Both the position numbers and the translations under genes were made by a program. From the NCBI GenBank assembly GCA_951406725.2, contig OX597832.1, forward strand, positions 69,254,001 to 69,318,000: a stretch of DNA of 64,000 bases, written 5' to 3'. Position 1 is the first letter of the stretch; every line of letters begins with the position of its first letter. Below, in pieces: positions 39,992 to 54,963 of this stretch. This DNA is from Octopus vulgaris. Taxonomy: Eukaryota. The notes below the pieces were generated by a model, which was given only the letters and a program-made list of their open reading frames with translations, did not search any database and was not told the origin of the DNA.

Positions 39992-40508
39992 CAAGGTCTG
40001 ATCAAAAAAGTATTGAGATTGGTGCTATGAAAAGAAAACTAGAACACAGCATTGGATCCCCTCTGAATTTGTCCCCTGTCTGAAGCCACACACTTTATCC
40101 AGAATTGTTTCTATTGATGGAAATATTTCTGGAATACCTCTCTTGGGAGAGTGAAAAGCTGTCTCTTGGATTTCCTCAAAGTCTTGAAATCTTAAAGCCT
40201 TGATTTAGGGTCAAAGCCATAGACCTATGGTTCATCACCTGGTATGAATGTTTTCAAAAATCTTTCATCTTCAACAGAATCAAGGAGATCCTGTGTAGCA
40301 GAAACCCAATCTTCTTTTTGAGATGACCCTACACAACACACTTTACTTCCAAGCATTGATGTAAACAACAGAAGGGACCAAGGATGCTATAACTTCATGT
40401 TGATGCACAACAGAGTGCAAGGTCGATCTTCGCCAAGCAACTTCACACATGCATACTCGAACTCTGTTACCAATAACAACACTCCCAATACCTTTTGATC
40501 AGACCTTT
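39992..40508 (-). mobile_element. Internally deleted mariner element (MITE-like)
   Basis: TIRs AAGGTCTGATCAAAAAAGTATTG and CAATACCTTTTGATCAGACCTT, preceded by TA. Minus-strand remnants FLKTFIPGDEP*VYGFDPKS (first catalytic D) and WIKCVAS. Confidence 0.8.
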
Positions 40509-40531
40509 CACATATATATGTATGTATATAT

Positions 40532-40640
40532 AAGAGCTCCGCTCGAAACGTTAAACCCTCCTTCTTTCCTGAGCATCCAATAATACTATATTTGTTCCAT
40601 GTCCTCGCGTTGTTGTTTTTTTGTGCTTTCATGTTTGGAT

Positions 40641-40644
<4 letters not shown>
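40532..40644 (+). mobile_element. Penelope-type terminal fragment with the 3' half of a hammerhead
   Basis: GAGC-TCC-GCTC-GAAACGTT (stem II, GAAA, palindromic stem III). The CUGANGA part is missing. Flanked by (TA)n. Confidence 0.5.
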
Positions 40645-40681
<37 letters not shown>

Positions 40682-40689
40682 ATGTATAT

Positions 40690-41810
40690 GTGCAAGTTTT
40701 GAAGAGTGCAGTTCAATTTTAGCAGTTATTTTTTCAAAGCTATAACAGAAGTGACAAAGGAGCATATTTGGCATATTTTGCTTTATGAGTTCAATAAAGG
40801 CAACAGTGCAATGGAAAGTGTGAGGAATATTAATGCACTATATAGGGATTGGACAATAAGTGTAAGCCAGTGTCTACAGAGGTTCCAGAAATTCTGAGCA
40901 GGAAACTACAGCCTACAAGACAGACCTCATCCTGGAAGATCTGTAGAGCTTGACATCTTGCAAACCCTGGTGGAACAAATCCCCATCGTAATTGTTGAGG
41001 AACTAGCAGAGAAACTTAGATTTGGTCAGTCAACCATTTATTGATACCTGCGTGCTATTGGAAAAGTCAGCAAATTGGGTCAATGGGTTCCTCTAGGCAG
41101 TGAATGTGTGCTCTTCTGTGCTGTCACATCTCATGAATGAGCTTTTTTTGGACTGAATAGTGACTGGCGATGAGAAATGGGTTCTCTATAAAAATGTCAA
41201 GCACCAAAGACAGTAGGTAGGGAAAGGAGAAACACCGGCACCCCAGGCTAAAGAAGGTCTTCACCCAAGTAAGGTGTTGTTATCTGCTTGTTGTGATATA
41301 GAAGGTTTACTCCACTTTGAATTTTTAAACCCAAACCAAACAATTAGAAAGGAGATCTATTGTGATCAGCTTGAGGGGCTTAAGTTGGCACTAGAAAAAA
41401 AACGACCATCTTTGGTTTCAAGATGAAAAGGGTTCTTCTATCAGGATAATGCTCAGTCACATACAACAAGGATCACATTTGAAAGCTGGAGCAGTTTGAA
41501 TGGGAAATAATGCCCTACCCATCATATTTGCCAGACATTGCCCCATCTGATTATTATTTATTCTGCAGTCTTCAAAATCATTTGGATAGAAAAGATATGA
41601 ATTCTGTAGACAAAGTCAGAACAGTACTAGAGGGGTATTTTTGGTCATGGACAAGTGAATTTTGGAAGAGGGGCCTTGCAAGTCTACCAGATAGATGGAA
41701 GAGCATTGTAGAAAATGAAGGAGAGTATATTTTAGATTAAAAAAGAACTTTATCTTAAATATAAAAAACAAGAAGTATAAAAAGCCACATTATTTATGAG
41801 ATGTCCCAAT
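40690..41810 (+). pseudogene. Mariner (DD34D) transposase pseudogene with 3' TIR
   Basis: HILLYEFNKG, GQWVP, IVTGDEKWVLYKN, QDNA, PYPSYLPDIAPSDYYLFCSLQNHL, LPDRWKSIVENEGEY; many stops and frameshifts; terminal CATTATTTATGAGATGTCCCAAT. Confidence 0.9.
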
Positions 41811-41896
41811 GTATACAGACATATATATATATACACACACACAGAAACATATATGCATACACAAATATATATACACACACAAACATATATGCATAC

Positions 41897-41950
<54 letters not shown>

Positions 41951-42286
41951 TCACATCTATACACATATACACATCTATATACATATCTGTCTAAAGACAC
42001 TCATAAATATACACACATCTACATACAAAAATAGACATCCTAACAGCACAAATATGTGTGTTTATACCAATACATGCAGAAATCCCATAAAAAGTGCAAG
42101 GCACACATTATAAAGGTCCCTAAGACCTGCACGTCAACAGTTCTTCAACATAGGCTGGGTGGGGGGACGGGGGAAAGCAAAGTGCATTAATAGAAGAGGT
42201 GCATTAACCAGAGGGACATAGGTTAAACATTGTGGTTATGATGCAAGCAGAATTGGGTGGTGTTCTGGTTTCAGATAAACACAAAT

Positions 42287-42671
42287 AGGCATGGGTATGG
42301 GTGTGTGGTAAGAAGTTTGTTTCCAACCACATGGTTCCAGGTTCATTCCCACTGCATGGCACCTTGGGAAAGTGTCTTCTACTATAGCCTCAGGCTGACC
42401 AAAGCCTTATCAGTGGATTTGGTACATAAAAACTGAAAGAAACCTGTTGTATGTGTGTGTTTTGTGTCTTTGTTTTTCTACCATCCCACCACTTGACACC
42501 CAGTGCTGGTGTGTTTATGTCCCTGTGACTTAGTGCTTCAGCAGAAAAGACCTATAGAATAAGTACGAGGCTTCAAAAGATAAATAAGCACTGAGCTTTA
42601 TTCATTCAGCTAAAAATGTGGTGCTGTTGCATGGCCACAGTCTAATGACTTACACAATTGAATGATAAAAG
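42287..42671 (+). mobile_element. SINE family B copy
   Basis: GTGTGTGGTAAGAAGTTTG...GGTTCATTCCCACTGCATGGCACCTTGGG...GCATGGCCACAGTCTAATGACT. Confidence 0.82.
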
Positions 42672-42813
42672 GAATATACACAAATATATCTCAAATGTAA
42701 ACATAGCAATAAATAGCAGTAGACAAACAATCAAGCACAATCCTCTTCAGGAAGAAGGAAATTTTCTTTAGACATCATGCATGGCCATCCCTCTCACATT
42801 CTCTCTGCTATAT

Positions 42814-42859
<46 letters not shown>

Positions 42860-43843
42860 CTATATATATATATATATGCATATAGATTTGTTATTTTATC
42901 CTGTTATCTCTCTAATTCCCCTGCTACATTTCAACTGCCAACCTTTCTTCATGAAATCTTTCTTTCTCACTCATATTTCAAAACTCCCCTCTTCTTCATT
43001 CTTGGATTTCCTCACTGCCAGCTTCATCAACATTCTTGCTACTGACTGATAAATATTTTTCTTATTCTCTCTCCCTCCTACTCCATCAGCTCTTACTCAC
43101 ATCTATACATTTATCTGTCTAAATCCACCTGCTTTTATGATACTTTTAATCTTGTTCCACTCTCAGCACAGTCACTACTTTCCCATTCAGTATTCTCAAA
43201 ATGTAATAGAAATGCTGGAACAACAAACAAACAAATGTCACTTAGCCTTTTGCACAGAAGATAATTGCAATATCATAAAATAAAGAACATGCTCGGATGT
43301 TGCTACTTGAGGCTTATTTCCTTTTGCATGCACAGTGTTGCAATCCTATTATATAAACTCACAACACTATCTTCATGTCTACATACAAATATACAACAGC
43401 ATATATCTTAACTCAGTAATCATTATAAATAATGGATTAGATTTCAAATCTCTTTTCTCATTTTTATGACTAAAAATACAGCAATGATTTAAGCATTATG
43501 CTTTGTTGAAATATTCGCTGGTATTTAGTTTCAAAAAGGAAGACATTTGAAGAAAAACAAAAACGAACAACGATGGCAATAAACATGCGTATATGCAAAC
43601 AACAAGCAAAAGTGACTATTCTTTGTTATAGATTTTAAAGATTAATACAACTTTTAATTTCTTTCGCTTGAATTATAAATATAAGCTATTTTTGTGTGTT
43701 GCCCACTGCCAACCACCTCCATTCTTACTCGCTCTCTTTTTCTTTCACAGGGTGAATGTGTGTGAGTGTGTGCGCGTGTAGATAGATATAGGTAGACAAA
43801 TGCATACATATATATATATACACACACATAGATAGATAGATGC

Positions 43844-43885
<42 letters not shown>

Positions 43886-43948
43886 TTAGTAGATAGATAG
43901 ATAAATGTACCAATATACTATATATATATATATATATATAATACACCA

Positions 43949-43979
<31 letters not shown>

Positions 43980-44289
43980 AACACATAAATAGAAAATACT
44001 CAGAAAACAACACAGGAATATAAACAATTATAAATTAAGTAAAACTTTTATTGTTTATTTCTATCATTTTTGATTTTTAATTCTTGTTGTTTTTGTTGTT
44101 GTTATGTCCCCCCACCACCACCCACACCCAATTTCTCACAGAATATCATATAAGCAGCATGAAAAGAGAAATTTCTTCATATTTTCACAAACGTTACTTT
44201 CTCATTAATAACTTGAAAAGTTTTTATGCTGAAGGAAATGTCTGTTTTACACACGTATAGCATGTATATGCATGTATGTGTACATATGC

Positions 44290-44346
<57 letters not shown>

Positions 44347-47300
44347 CACACACAAACACATGCACATGTATATATAAACACATGCATGTATATGTACACA
44401 CACACACACATGTATGTCTACTCATGCACATGCATACACATTTCCATGCAAAGTGAGTCAGATGAAGGGGTTGGTGGTGGCATTAGTTCGGTTCTTTTTA
44501 TTCTCTAAAGAATTGTAAAAGATTCTTATCAAATTTATGTAAAGAGAAAGAAGTTTCAGAAATAAGTTTATTTGTACACACGAGTTAGAAATGAAGTGCG
44601 TGTTCATGTGTGTGTGTGTGTGTGTGTGTTTTATTATCAAATTCCAGTTAATAAATATGCATATATATGTAGCATTTCCTTCCCAATATTTTGAAATGGT
44701 GTTTAAAGCAATAATTTTAGTATTTTACAAAATTCCATAAGAAACTAAAAAAAACAAAAAAGCTGTGTGTTTCCAGACAAGAGAAAACACCTCACCCGCC
44801 TCATCACCACCACCACCACCATCTCACACAAATTGTTTTGCAATATAATTTTTTTCTTTCTTTTTTTAACTCTCATTATAGAGAATAGGTAATTTTTTCA
44901 GACCAGAGTTACAGTTGTTGAATTCTGGGCAATTCTTCATATTTGATTCACCTGTGACCATATTTTGTTTTGCTTTTCAGATGCAGAGCATCTAATATAA
45001 GAACAGTATGGCTGGATGATTAGGTCCCTGGTTTGATCCTGCAGTACGACATTTTGGCCTTGGATCAACTTAAACCAATGCAAAGGAAACTGAGAAGGAA
45101 GGAACTGTATAGAAGTCCATCTCGTTTGAGTTGGACCTGTGATTTAAAGTGTGTGGCCTTGCACCACTCTTTGATGCAATGGTTCCATCTGGGAGTAACA
45201 TTAAGGACATACAGGCTGCACATTCCTCCAGTTGGAAGTTAGTTGATCAAAGAACTGAATCTTCATCATGAAATGACAAACATTTCATTACCAATATCTC
45301 TAAAACTCATCAATGTAATTCTCCTTTCTCTCTTTTCCTTTTCTTTTTTAGACTTGTCTGCTATTGGCGATAAAAGTGGTGGTGGTAATAGTGCAATATG
45401 TTGATAATGATGATGATGATGACACTGGTGATGATGGTCATGGTCAGTTCAGTCCTGATAGAGGACATCTAGGAATGAAAGTATTCTAGTTGTCACCACC
45501 TTGTCTTTTATTTAAACACAGTTTATCTAAAATAGAAAACTGGCTGAGTGGGATTTGAAAAAGATGTGGATAACAAGAGTGGATGTCTTGAGTTTTGTTA
45601 TAATGATGATGATGATGATGTTGGGTCAATGCCAGTTCTTGAAGACATATAATCAAGAGCACTCCAGCCATGGCCACTCAGGCTCATTTTTTGCACAGCA
45701 TAATGCATAGATGACCGCATATATGGTTTGTGTTGAGGGAGAGAAGATGGCAAAGTGACAGAGTAGAGACTCACTTAAGCAGGTTTCACAACTGAATAGA
45801 GACTTCATTGTTTGCTACATAGCAACACACACACGCGCGCGTACTCCCTCTCTCTCCCTTTCTCTTTCCACTACATTTTTATTACAGATACACATTTAAC
45901 ATTTAACTATAAACTTAGCAAAATGTTTATCAGTCAAACCATCTAACTTTTTCAATATTTAAATATTATTCATGAAATCACCAAGAATTTCTGATTCTTT
46001 ATGACTGATAAAATAAAATAGCAAAACAATATTTTAGTTTCTCTCTCTATCTGATCATCTTCAACAGAATTTCCTTCTGGCAGTCTTCTGCTCCAGCTAC
46101 ATGCTTACAACTTTGTTACTTTTCTCCAAATTCTCTCTCTCTCTCTCTTTCAGAGAATGTGTATGTTAAGTGCACATATGCGTTAGTGTGTGTAGTCATT
46201 ACATCCTGATTATTGATGCTTTTTTGAGTCAGTTTTGCATTTCGTTCATTTGGCAGTTGATTTACAGTTGAGGCCATGGGGTACTTTGGGCAATACTGAA
46301 TATCAATAGTGGAAATAGCATGTTTGGTTGTTGCTCTGCCAACCTGTGATCTCCCAAGATTAGCAAACTCATCCTAAAGAATGCAGAGGATGGTTCACTG
46401 GAACAGCAGTGGAACTGAGCAGCTTAGTGTAATAATTAGGACCTTGATTGTGAAATACGAATAGCAAAATGAATAAGTCAGCTGGATGTATTCTGTTTTT
46501 AGAATGACAGGGAGATATTCAACAGACTTCCAATCTTCCATCCTGTCTTCAATTTTCCCTAAAGCATGGGAGACTTGAGCAATTATTTTTATCCCACTCT
46601 TAAAGTGCTATCTCATGTCACTGAAGGAAAGGGGTGACATCACATCATTTTCCCCTTTAAAGATTTACGGTCGTGAACACTGTCAGTGTAACAATAAGAA
46701 ATGAATGTGTATTGTTACCTCAGTAGCAATGAATTGAATGGATGAAAGGAAAGCCATTGATGTTGGTTCATCATATTGTTATTGTTAAGAGATTACATTG
46801 GACATGACCATCCAGTGGTGGGGGGGGGGAGCAAAAGAGTGTTTATACATAGATGAGAGAAAGATCTAGATTAAGAGGAAAAGAGAAGGAGAGGTTGCAA
46901 ATGAAGAGCAGTGTTTGCTGCCAGTCAGTGACAATTTCAAGCATTTGTGTTCAAGACTGTTCACATTGGCACATCTGGTCGAACAACAACTGATATAACC
47001 TAACTTAATGCATGATTGCATCCATCCTCTGCAAGATCTCTCATCCAGCCTGTTCCCTTGTTGGTTCTAAGGTCTTTTAGACTACAAAACAAATCTAATT
47101 GAGAAGATTTATAGTGACATCATTAGTTGAAAGTTAGATTTTTCTTACCATTTCCTGATCAGAAACACCAAGTCCCTGCTTCAAATCATAGCATAGACCT
47201 GCTACACCAGTTGACTCTAAAGAATATTCTTCATCATATACAAAACAGTGCCAATCAGTTAATTACTGCAGAGTATTCGGTAGCTTTAACACTTCCCTTA

Positions 47301-47799
47301 AAATCCTATCCTTTCCTACAAATGCTAAAAATCCATTTTTCACAGGAATTCTTTAGAAATAATGTTTAGTCAACAATTTTCTACGAAGGGAAAAGAAAAA
47401 AGGTGCAAAATTATGATAATTTCTGAATATGCACATAGAAAATAACTCCATTCTTAGCAACAAGTAAATTGAGAAAAGTTGACAAGTGCAATTAAAGAAG
47501 AAATTCAAATTTATTTTTAATGAAATTATTAGCAATTATGGTTTCATTCCTGTCAATTTAGAATTCATGCCAAAATTTCTTACTGTAATTTTTCCTATAT
47601 TCCTTTCTATTAAATTTCTCTCATTTATTCATCATTAACTGCTGAAGGTAAATTATTAAATATTTTAAATGCCATTTTACAAATGCAAAGCATATTCACT
47701 GCAGATTATGCAACCTAATATTCTTTTATACAGTTTTTAATTAATTAGCTTCTGTAATTGAAAGGTACAGTGCTCAGCCCTCTCAGAATAGTATGGGGT

Positions 47800-48075
47800 C
47801 GACTGATAGGTGGGTAAGTTGGTAGGTAAAGAATAGACAGGTAGATTGGCTGGTAGTTATACATGTAGGTAAGTAGCAAGGTAGGTAAGTAGTTAGGTAG
47901 GTAGGTAGGTATGGACGCATGTATGTAGATAGGTGTGTATGTATACAGGTAGGTAAGTTGGTAGATAGGTATTATGTATGCATGCATGTATGTATGTTGG
48001 TAAGCAGGTAGATAGGTTGGTAAGAAGGTAAGCAGGCACACAGGTAGGTGTGTAGGGTTAGATAGGAATGTAGGT
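47800..48075. repeat. Degenerate (GTAG)n tetranucleotide tract
   Basis: Seen directly. Confidence 0.85.
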
Positions 48076-48728
48076 CCAGGAGGTTAATTGATACAAAGGA
48101 TTTACTTTTAGAAAAAGGGTCTTTGTGGTAAAATTTCAGCAAGTGGAAATTTTGCAGGTGAATGTTTTTCTGAAGAATCAATGACCAGATTAATCCAAAG
48201 ATGGAACACTGAATGAATGTGATTATTCAGAAACACGGTTACAAAGAAATGGTACAGACTGAAATTCCACTACCCTGCTCTTCATGTTTTACTGCAGATG
48301 TTGTTTTCAAGATAATTAAGCTTAGTGACAAGTGTACCAAAACTCATCAGTCATTGAAGGATGCCAAACATTATGGACATTGCCTGTTCTCTGCTCAGTG
48401 GGACTACATCTAAAAATTTTACTGGTTAATGGCATTACGGGGACATTGCCTTATAGAGCTTTGTGAATTATTTTGATTCTCACCATTTTCATTTGTTTGA
48501 CATCCATTTGATCAAACTCCGAAGAAAGAGAGAAAGGCAAAGTTGATTTTCTTATGGTTTGGTTTAATCAGAAACGGAAAAATAATAACTATGATGTTTT
48601 GGGCACCTTGAAGGAATATAAACCTAGAAGGAATACAAACTCAAACTAGAGAGCATAGAATAGACTTTGAGAAAGGTGCTCAAATGACAGGTGGGAATCA
48701 TAAAACAGGTGACAAATTATGCTACATA

Positions 48729-49260
48729 CACAGGTCGGACAAAATAATCGAGACACTATTTTTTGTTATTTAACTTTTTTTCAATTGTTAATATGACAAA
48801 ATTCAGAACTGTTCTAGTTTTTACAGATGTGTTTCTATGCATTATGTATGCCTTGTACTTATTGATATAAACTCTTTTCTCTTCTTACTGATATTTAAAA
48901 TAATTTATAATGCATGACTAATCCGACTTCCAAAGAGGACAAATTGTTGGAGCATGGACAGCTGGATTTTCAGTCACTAAAATTGCTGAATTGCTTAATA
49001 TTTCAAAATGTACAGTCTCTAAACTCACATTGAAATTCTAAAACCAAGGTAAAAACAACACTGGCAAGAATAATTCTTGAGGAAAGAAACACTCAAAGAA
49101 AGGGGCCACAGAAAAGCAAAACATATTGTTATAGAACTATAGAACTATGGCAGCAAAAGTGAGGGCAGAGCTAAGCCAGCACCTTTCCTAGCCTGTGTCA
49201 ATCAAACCCAGTTTAAATGAGCTCCATAAAACCAGATACTATAGGAGGGCAGTAATCTTT
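48729..49260 (+). pseudogene. Tc1-family transposon 5' fragment (left end and HTH region)
   Basis: TA-CACAGGTCGGACAAAATAATCGAGACAC start. From ATG 48910: MHD*SDFQRGQIVGAWTAGFSVTKIAELLNISKCTVSK, later AAKVRAELSQHL and ELHK. Confidence 0.8.
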
Positions 49261-49358
49261 CTGTTCCCCCTTCTACATTAATAAATGATAAAAAATGGTG
49301 TCTAGACTCTCACCATTCAACCATTTCCCACATTTTGTAGCAAATTCATTTTCAATTA

Positions 49359-49737
49359 CAAGAGGAAGTGAAAAAATTATCAGCACTTTTGCTGAAACTT
49401 TCTTTAGGTCAGCCACACTGCCTTCAATGCTTGCCTGCAAGAAAGCGGGACTCTTGTGGCTATGTAACTGAGGTTTGACCTAGATTGCTTCAGTTTATTT
49501 TCTTGTTTTACAGAGTAAACATGACCAATCTACATAGCCACTCCACATAGCTTCAGAGTAAACATAGTGCAATGTGCACCAAAGAAGAACAGAGACTATT
49601 GATCTGATTTCTCTGGCTGGAAGATGTGTCAGGGTATGAAATTCATTACAGGCTTTCATTACAATAAGGGGACAGTGCTCCATCACTTCTAAGTGTGGAT
49701 TGAGAAGTTTAAAAATGACCAGACAAGTGTGAAACAT

Positions 49738-49770
<33 letters not shown>

Positions 49771-50655
49771 AGGATGCCTCCATGACAAGTTCAAGAGATG
49801 GTTCTGGTGGAATGACAAATGACCATCAATGAGGTGGCATGTTCTCTGCAAATAAGTCATGGTTCTTCTCATGAAATTATCCACAAGTTTTGCTTCTGTA
49901 AAATCTGTATGAGATGGGTGGCAAGAGAGTTTACCATTGTGCATAAGTGCAATGCTGTGGAGATCTGTCAATTCTTACTTAACCACTACAGCAAAGAAAG
50001 CAAGGCTTTTTTGGATAGAATAGGAGAGAATAGTGACAGGAGAATAGACTTGCATCCGTCACTGAGCCAGAATACAAAATGCAGAACATGGAGTGGAAAC
50101 AACCAGAATCACCAGCAAAAAAGAAATTCAAGACTAACCTTCCACAGCAAAAACCATTTTGAAGACATAAAAGGGCTTCTACTGGAACATTACCTGGAAA
50201 ATGGCGTCTACAGTCACCAGTGTAGGCTACAGAGAAAAGCTGGCCAACAAACTGAAATCAGCAATTCACACCAAATGTTGAGGTACATTGTTAAGTGTTA
50301 TTGTTGCACAACAATGCAGGTCTACATACGGCCATCTGCACCATTGAAACCATTCAGAAATTGGTTTTCAAGTTGCTGGAACACTCTCCATACAATCCAG
50401 ATCTTTCTTTTTCAGACTGTCCCCTTTTTTCTTCCACTTAAACATCATTCATGAGGTTGTGGATTTGTTACAGTCAAAGAAATGCAGGAAGAGGTGCATA
50501 AACAACTGCACAACCTGCTGCAAACATTATTTTCTGATGGAATAAGCAAGTTTGTGGACCACAAGAAAAAGTGCAAGGGGTAAAAACGATATAATTGTTG
50601 AAGCCCTGAATAAATTCCAGAAAACAAGATGTATAAAATTCTTGACTTGTCCTCA
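49359..50655 (+). pseudogene. Near full-length degenerate mariner element
   Basis: TINEVACSLQISHGSSHEIIH...KICMRWVAREFT (WVPREL motif), HTP YNPDL-like motif, FFSDGISKFV. Imperfect TIRs at both ends. (AG)n expansion at 49741-49768. Confidence 0.82.
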
Positions 50656-50892
50656 TATATAGCTGGTACTATCAATAGTTTATCAATACAATCCAACAGC
50701 TATTATAAAATGCCGAGAAAAAGAAGTATTATTATGTGGTGTAAACCAGCATGCAGTAGCATTATAAAGATGGACTGTTGTGATTAACTTATCTTAGATG
50801 TGGCCATTATATAACAGGACAATCTGCATTGCAGTTTTGGTTTATGATCTTCATCATGATAAACTGATTAACTGATTATTTGAGATATTGAA

Positions 50893-51107
50893 CCCTTTAG
50901 CATTCAAATTATTCTGTCAAATGTAATATTTATTCAAATTGTTTTGAATCAATCATGCATTATGTTGTAGCTAAAAGATTTCGATGATGTGACTGTCTAT
51001 TTTTAGAATGACATTGTAGGATAGATGTGAAAAGCTGGATCCAGCCAGTTTGAACATAAAACAGACAGAATATTTGGGCCTGATATAGCCAGTTTCAATG
51101 CTAAGTG
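50893..51107. mobile_element. piggyBac-like MITE
   Basis: (TGAA)CCCTTTAGCATT...AATGCTAAGTG(TTAA): CCC terminus, short TIR, TTAA-like TSD. Confidence 0.6.
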
Positions 51108-52746
51108 TTAACATTTTTACCCTCACTAAATCTCTAAAACGACATGACATTTGTGTGTGTAAGTGTGTTTTTATTTTAATTACATACTAGGAGAAGAAAA
51201 ATTTTCTTTTTTTTTTATGATTTGCCACAAGAGATAATAAGTTTGACTAGGGACTCAATCCGTATCAAATTTATGAGAACAAACCTAAGAAAAAAATGTT
51301 ATATTTAAGATATTTATTTATAGACCAATAAATTATTCTTATTCAATAAAACAACTAGATCTTACAACTTTGGCCACTAAATATCATAAATCATTTCTTT
51401 CTATTTCACTCTCATGTAGACTTCCTAAGAAATTCATTTTAATAATAAATTTTTTCCAGTTATTGATCATGATACAACCAAAATGTACAGGATAACACTC
51501 TGCTTCTACCGTTTATGTTTGGGTAAAATATATTTCTTTTTTCTTTTCAAAAACTGTGAGACATTAACAATCATAATATCAAAGAGGAAATGATACAGCT
51601 GATTGTTTTCTATAAAATATTTTAATTATATATTTTAATAATTAGTTTTCTTTTTATTTATTAAAAAAATATACCTTATTACAATGATTTAAATTAAACA
51701 ATCATATATTTCCCCAAAATATCTAACAATTGTTCTTCAAATAATTACTGAAAATATATTATTTTGTTTATTTTAATTAGTTATTGACTGTATCATTAAT
51801 AATTAAAATTATGTCAGCTATGAGCTACAGCTCAATTTTAATTTAAGGAATTGATGCTGCTCTTTCATTATACAGTGTTAAAAAAACAAATGATTTGTTC
51901 ATTCTTTACTAAGATGAACAGTATAACAAGTGGATGCATTCTAGACATCAGGGTGCATATTCTATAACAAGCTCAACTTCAAAATATTTTAAATCAATAA
52001 AAATCTACTTCATCTGTCTCTCTTTAGTCCTTACTGCCGCACTCAGGTGAAGCAAACTAATGGGTGAAACATTTGTGACCAGGGGACACCAACTGATGAT
52101 ACAGAGGGGTTTCCAGCATTTTTTCTTATAAAAAAAGCACAGTGTATATTCTGTATATCTACATCATCTTGTACAAAGCATTTCATTCAGTACAAAGATC
52201 TATTTGAACTGTCTGTTCTTCAAACAGATTAAAAATGTGTGCATGAGTATGTGTGTGTGTGTGTGTGTGATTTTATTAACTGAGCAACATAATGATGAGG
52301 ACAGATTTTAACTAATTAACAAGACACACATTAGGGAAAGTATTTTGTATGAGAATTTCTCCTTAAATTCTCCCTTTTCCTTATGCATTAGTCATATTAG
52401 TGTTATGATTATATGTTAGTATAATACTAACAATACTAATATAACTCTTAGCATAATTATTTACTTAGTCATCTGACTGACTGAACATTTTACAAACTTC
52501 CGTAACTTTCTTCAAAGTTGAATTACGTCTTTAGTTTTTTTGTCGTGTTCTGCCTGAAGCATCTCTATTATTCTTCATAAATTCTGACCTGTATAAATAT
52601 GTTGTTAACCATATTTACACAGGTCAAATCATATTCAATATAAATGTATTCCAACATCAAACAAAGTGTCAAGATTCATCAAAACAACTTGTGTTTGTTG
52701 TAAGGTCATTGTCTAGATCACACACACACACACACACACAAACTTC

Positions 52747-52867
52747 ACAGTCTGATGAAGGCAAAGCAAGCTGAAAATTCAAAGTTACTATCAACTTTTA
52801 CATAGCAAAAGTTAATATGTATTTTGCTATCAAATATTGAGTAATCTTTCACTTTAATGCTAAATTG

Positions 52868-52872
<5 letters not shown>
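52747..52872 (+). mobile_element. Penelope-type terminal fragment with a degenerate hammerhead core
   Basis: AGT-CTGATGA-AGGC...GCT-GAAA-ATTCAAAGTT-ACT, lying between (CA)n and (TA)n. Confidence 0.45.
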
Positions 52873-52908
<36 letters not shown>

Positions 52909-54000
52909 TAGACTTAAAAAGAAACCATACACATTTATACATAATCACACACATACAGGCATATATACATGTGGGTGAGTAAGTGTACATGTGAGTGTGT
53001 GTATGTGTGTCTGTGTATGTGTGTATGTGTACTTGTGTATGTGTGAGTGCATGTGTGTTCTCCTACTGATTAACAACCAGTGCTGCTTTGTTTATATCCC
53101 AAAATGACAACTTATACTATAAGTAGCAGAGTTAAAAGTACAATTTCCTAGAGCAAAGCCTTTCAGGCAATTCTCCAGCATGGTCAAAGTCTGGTATTAG
53201 AAACAAGTAAAAGAATATTTTAGTCTTAAATCTCCATGGGGGTTAACTCTGTATCGTATCACTGTGTAACAAATGAAGTAAATTGGCCAAGAGGAAGACC
53301 ATCCAGCGAAAGGAAACATCACAGCAAGACACATGGCTCCAATTTGTCAAAACATCCAATGAATATCAACATGGAAGACGGATGTTAAAAAATAATGAAG
53401 ATGAAGATCATGAGGACAATGCTAATGATTAATTGAAGAATATCAGTGAATATAACACCTCTGTTTAAAAACTGGCTTCTTCCAAGGCAAAATAAATATA
53501 TTCACGAAATTATTATTTGGTAAGAAGAAAAAAAAAACATTTAAATATATTCAGGATTTTCTTTTGTTTGTTTTGAAGCAAAATTAAAAATGTTCTACAA
53601 GGATAGATAACAGATATAATTCTGCATATGAAGGAATCTTGGATTTGTTTTCGTATAGTTTTCTGTGATTTGTTTTTAGAAGAAACGACTATATTAGATT
53701 TCTATATTTCTTGTCAATGTTGTTAGTTTACTTGAATTTCATTTCTGTTTCACGAAAAAATATTTTCTAACATAAAATATATCTGCATATACAGATACAT
53801 GTGCACACACACACACACACAGAAACACATATACAAATGCATAAATTATATATCAAATGTGTAGATGCATATATGTACATCATCATCATCCTCATCATCG
53901 TTTAACGTCCCATATATATATATATATATATATATTCATGAATGTGTATGTACACACACACACACATATAATATATGTATATATGTATATATGTATATAC

Positions 54001-54058
<58 letters not shown>

Positions 54059-54963
54059 ATATATATTAGAAGGTTTGGAAATGATGTGCAGGTATTTATA
54101 TTAGAAGAAATGAGGTACTCAGAAAATCGGATGGTTTTATATTTACAGATATTTATTTGTATATTACATGTTTTTATGCATCATATAAATTATATCATAT
54201 ATCATATATTGGTGCTTTCTCCCATTCTAGAGGGGTTTTCAAACCAAACTAAGTTCCTGTGAAAAAGTTTTGACTGTTTTATAGTGTTATTGAGTGTGTT
54301 GTGGTGGGGAGGGATATAAGATAGTACAACAGGGTGATGAATGGGGAGAAAGTGAGAGAGAGAGAGAGAGAGTATTGTGTGTGTGTATGTGTGTGTGTGT
54401 GTGCATGTGTGTGTGTATGTGTGTGTATGCGTGTGTGCATGTGTGTGCGTGCGTGTGTGTGTGTGTGGGTGCCTGTGAGTCTGGAAGGGGTGTCATTGGA
54501 CAAGGGAAGAAAGAAGAAAAGAAGGAAGAAGAAATAATTGTGTTGATATTTATACCACTATATATATATATATACTAAATGCTACACTGTGTTTGTTAAA
54601 TTATAAATTGAAAGATTTGTCCTTCAAATTTCATAAGGTCCATACTTGAAAAAGAGACTTTCTTGTGTTGAAGTTACAGATGACAGAATACAAACTGACA
54701 ACCACTGAATCTGTTGTCTGATCTTCAATTGATTTAGTCTAATATCTCACTGATTGACAGCTAAATAAATATTAAGTTTTATCATACAGGAGCAATTGGT
54801 TCCACAAATTAAAATAATATGGTTTCATTCAAATATTAGAATATCCTTTGTTCAATGTTGGATTTTCAAAAACCAAAACATATGTGTAGAAGTGTGAGTA
54901 TTTAATACAGTTTACTTAACAAATTTGGTCTTTCATCTGGTACAGCTTACTATAGAGATATTT

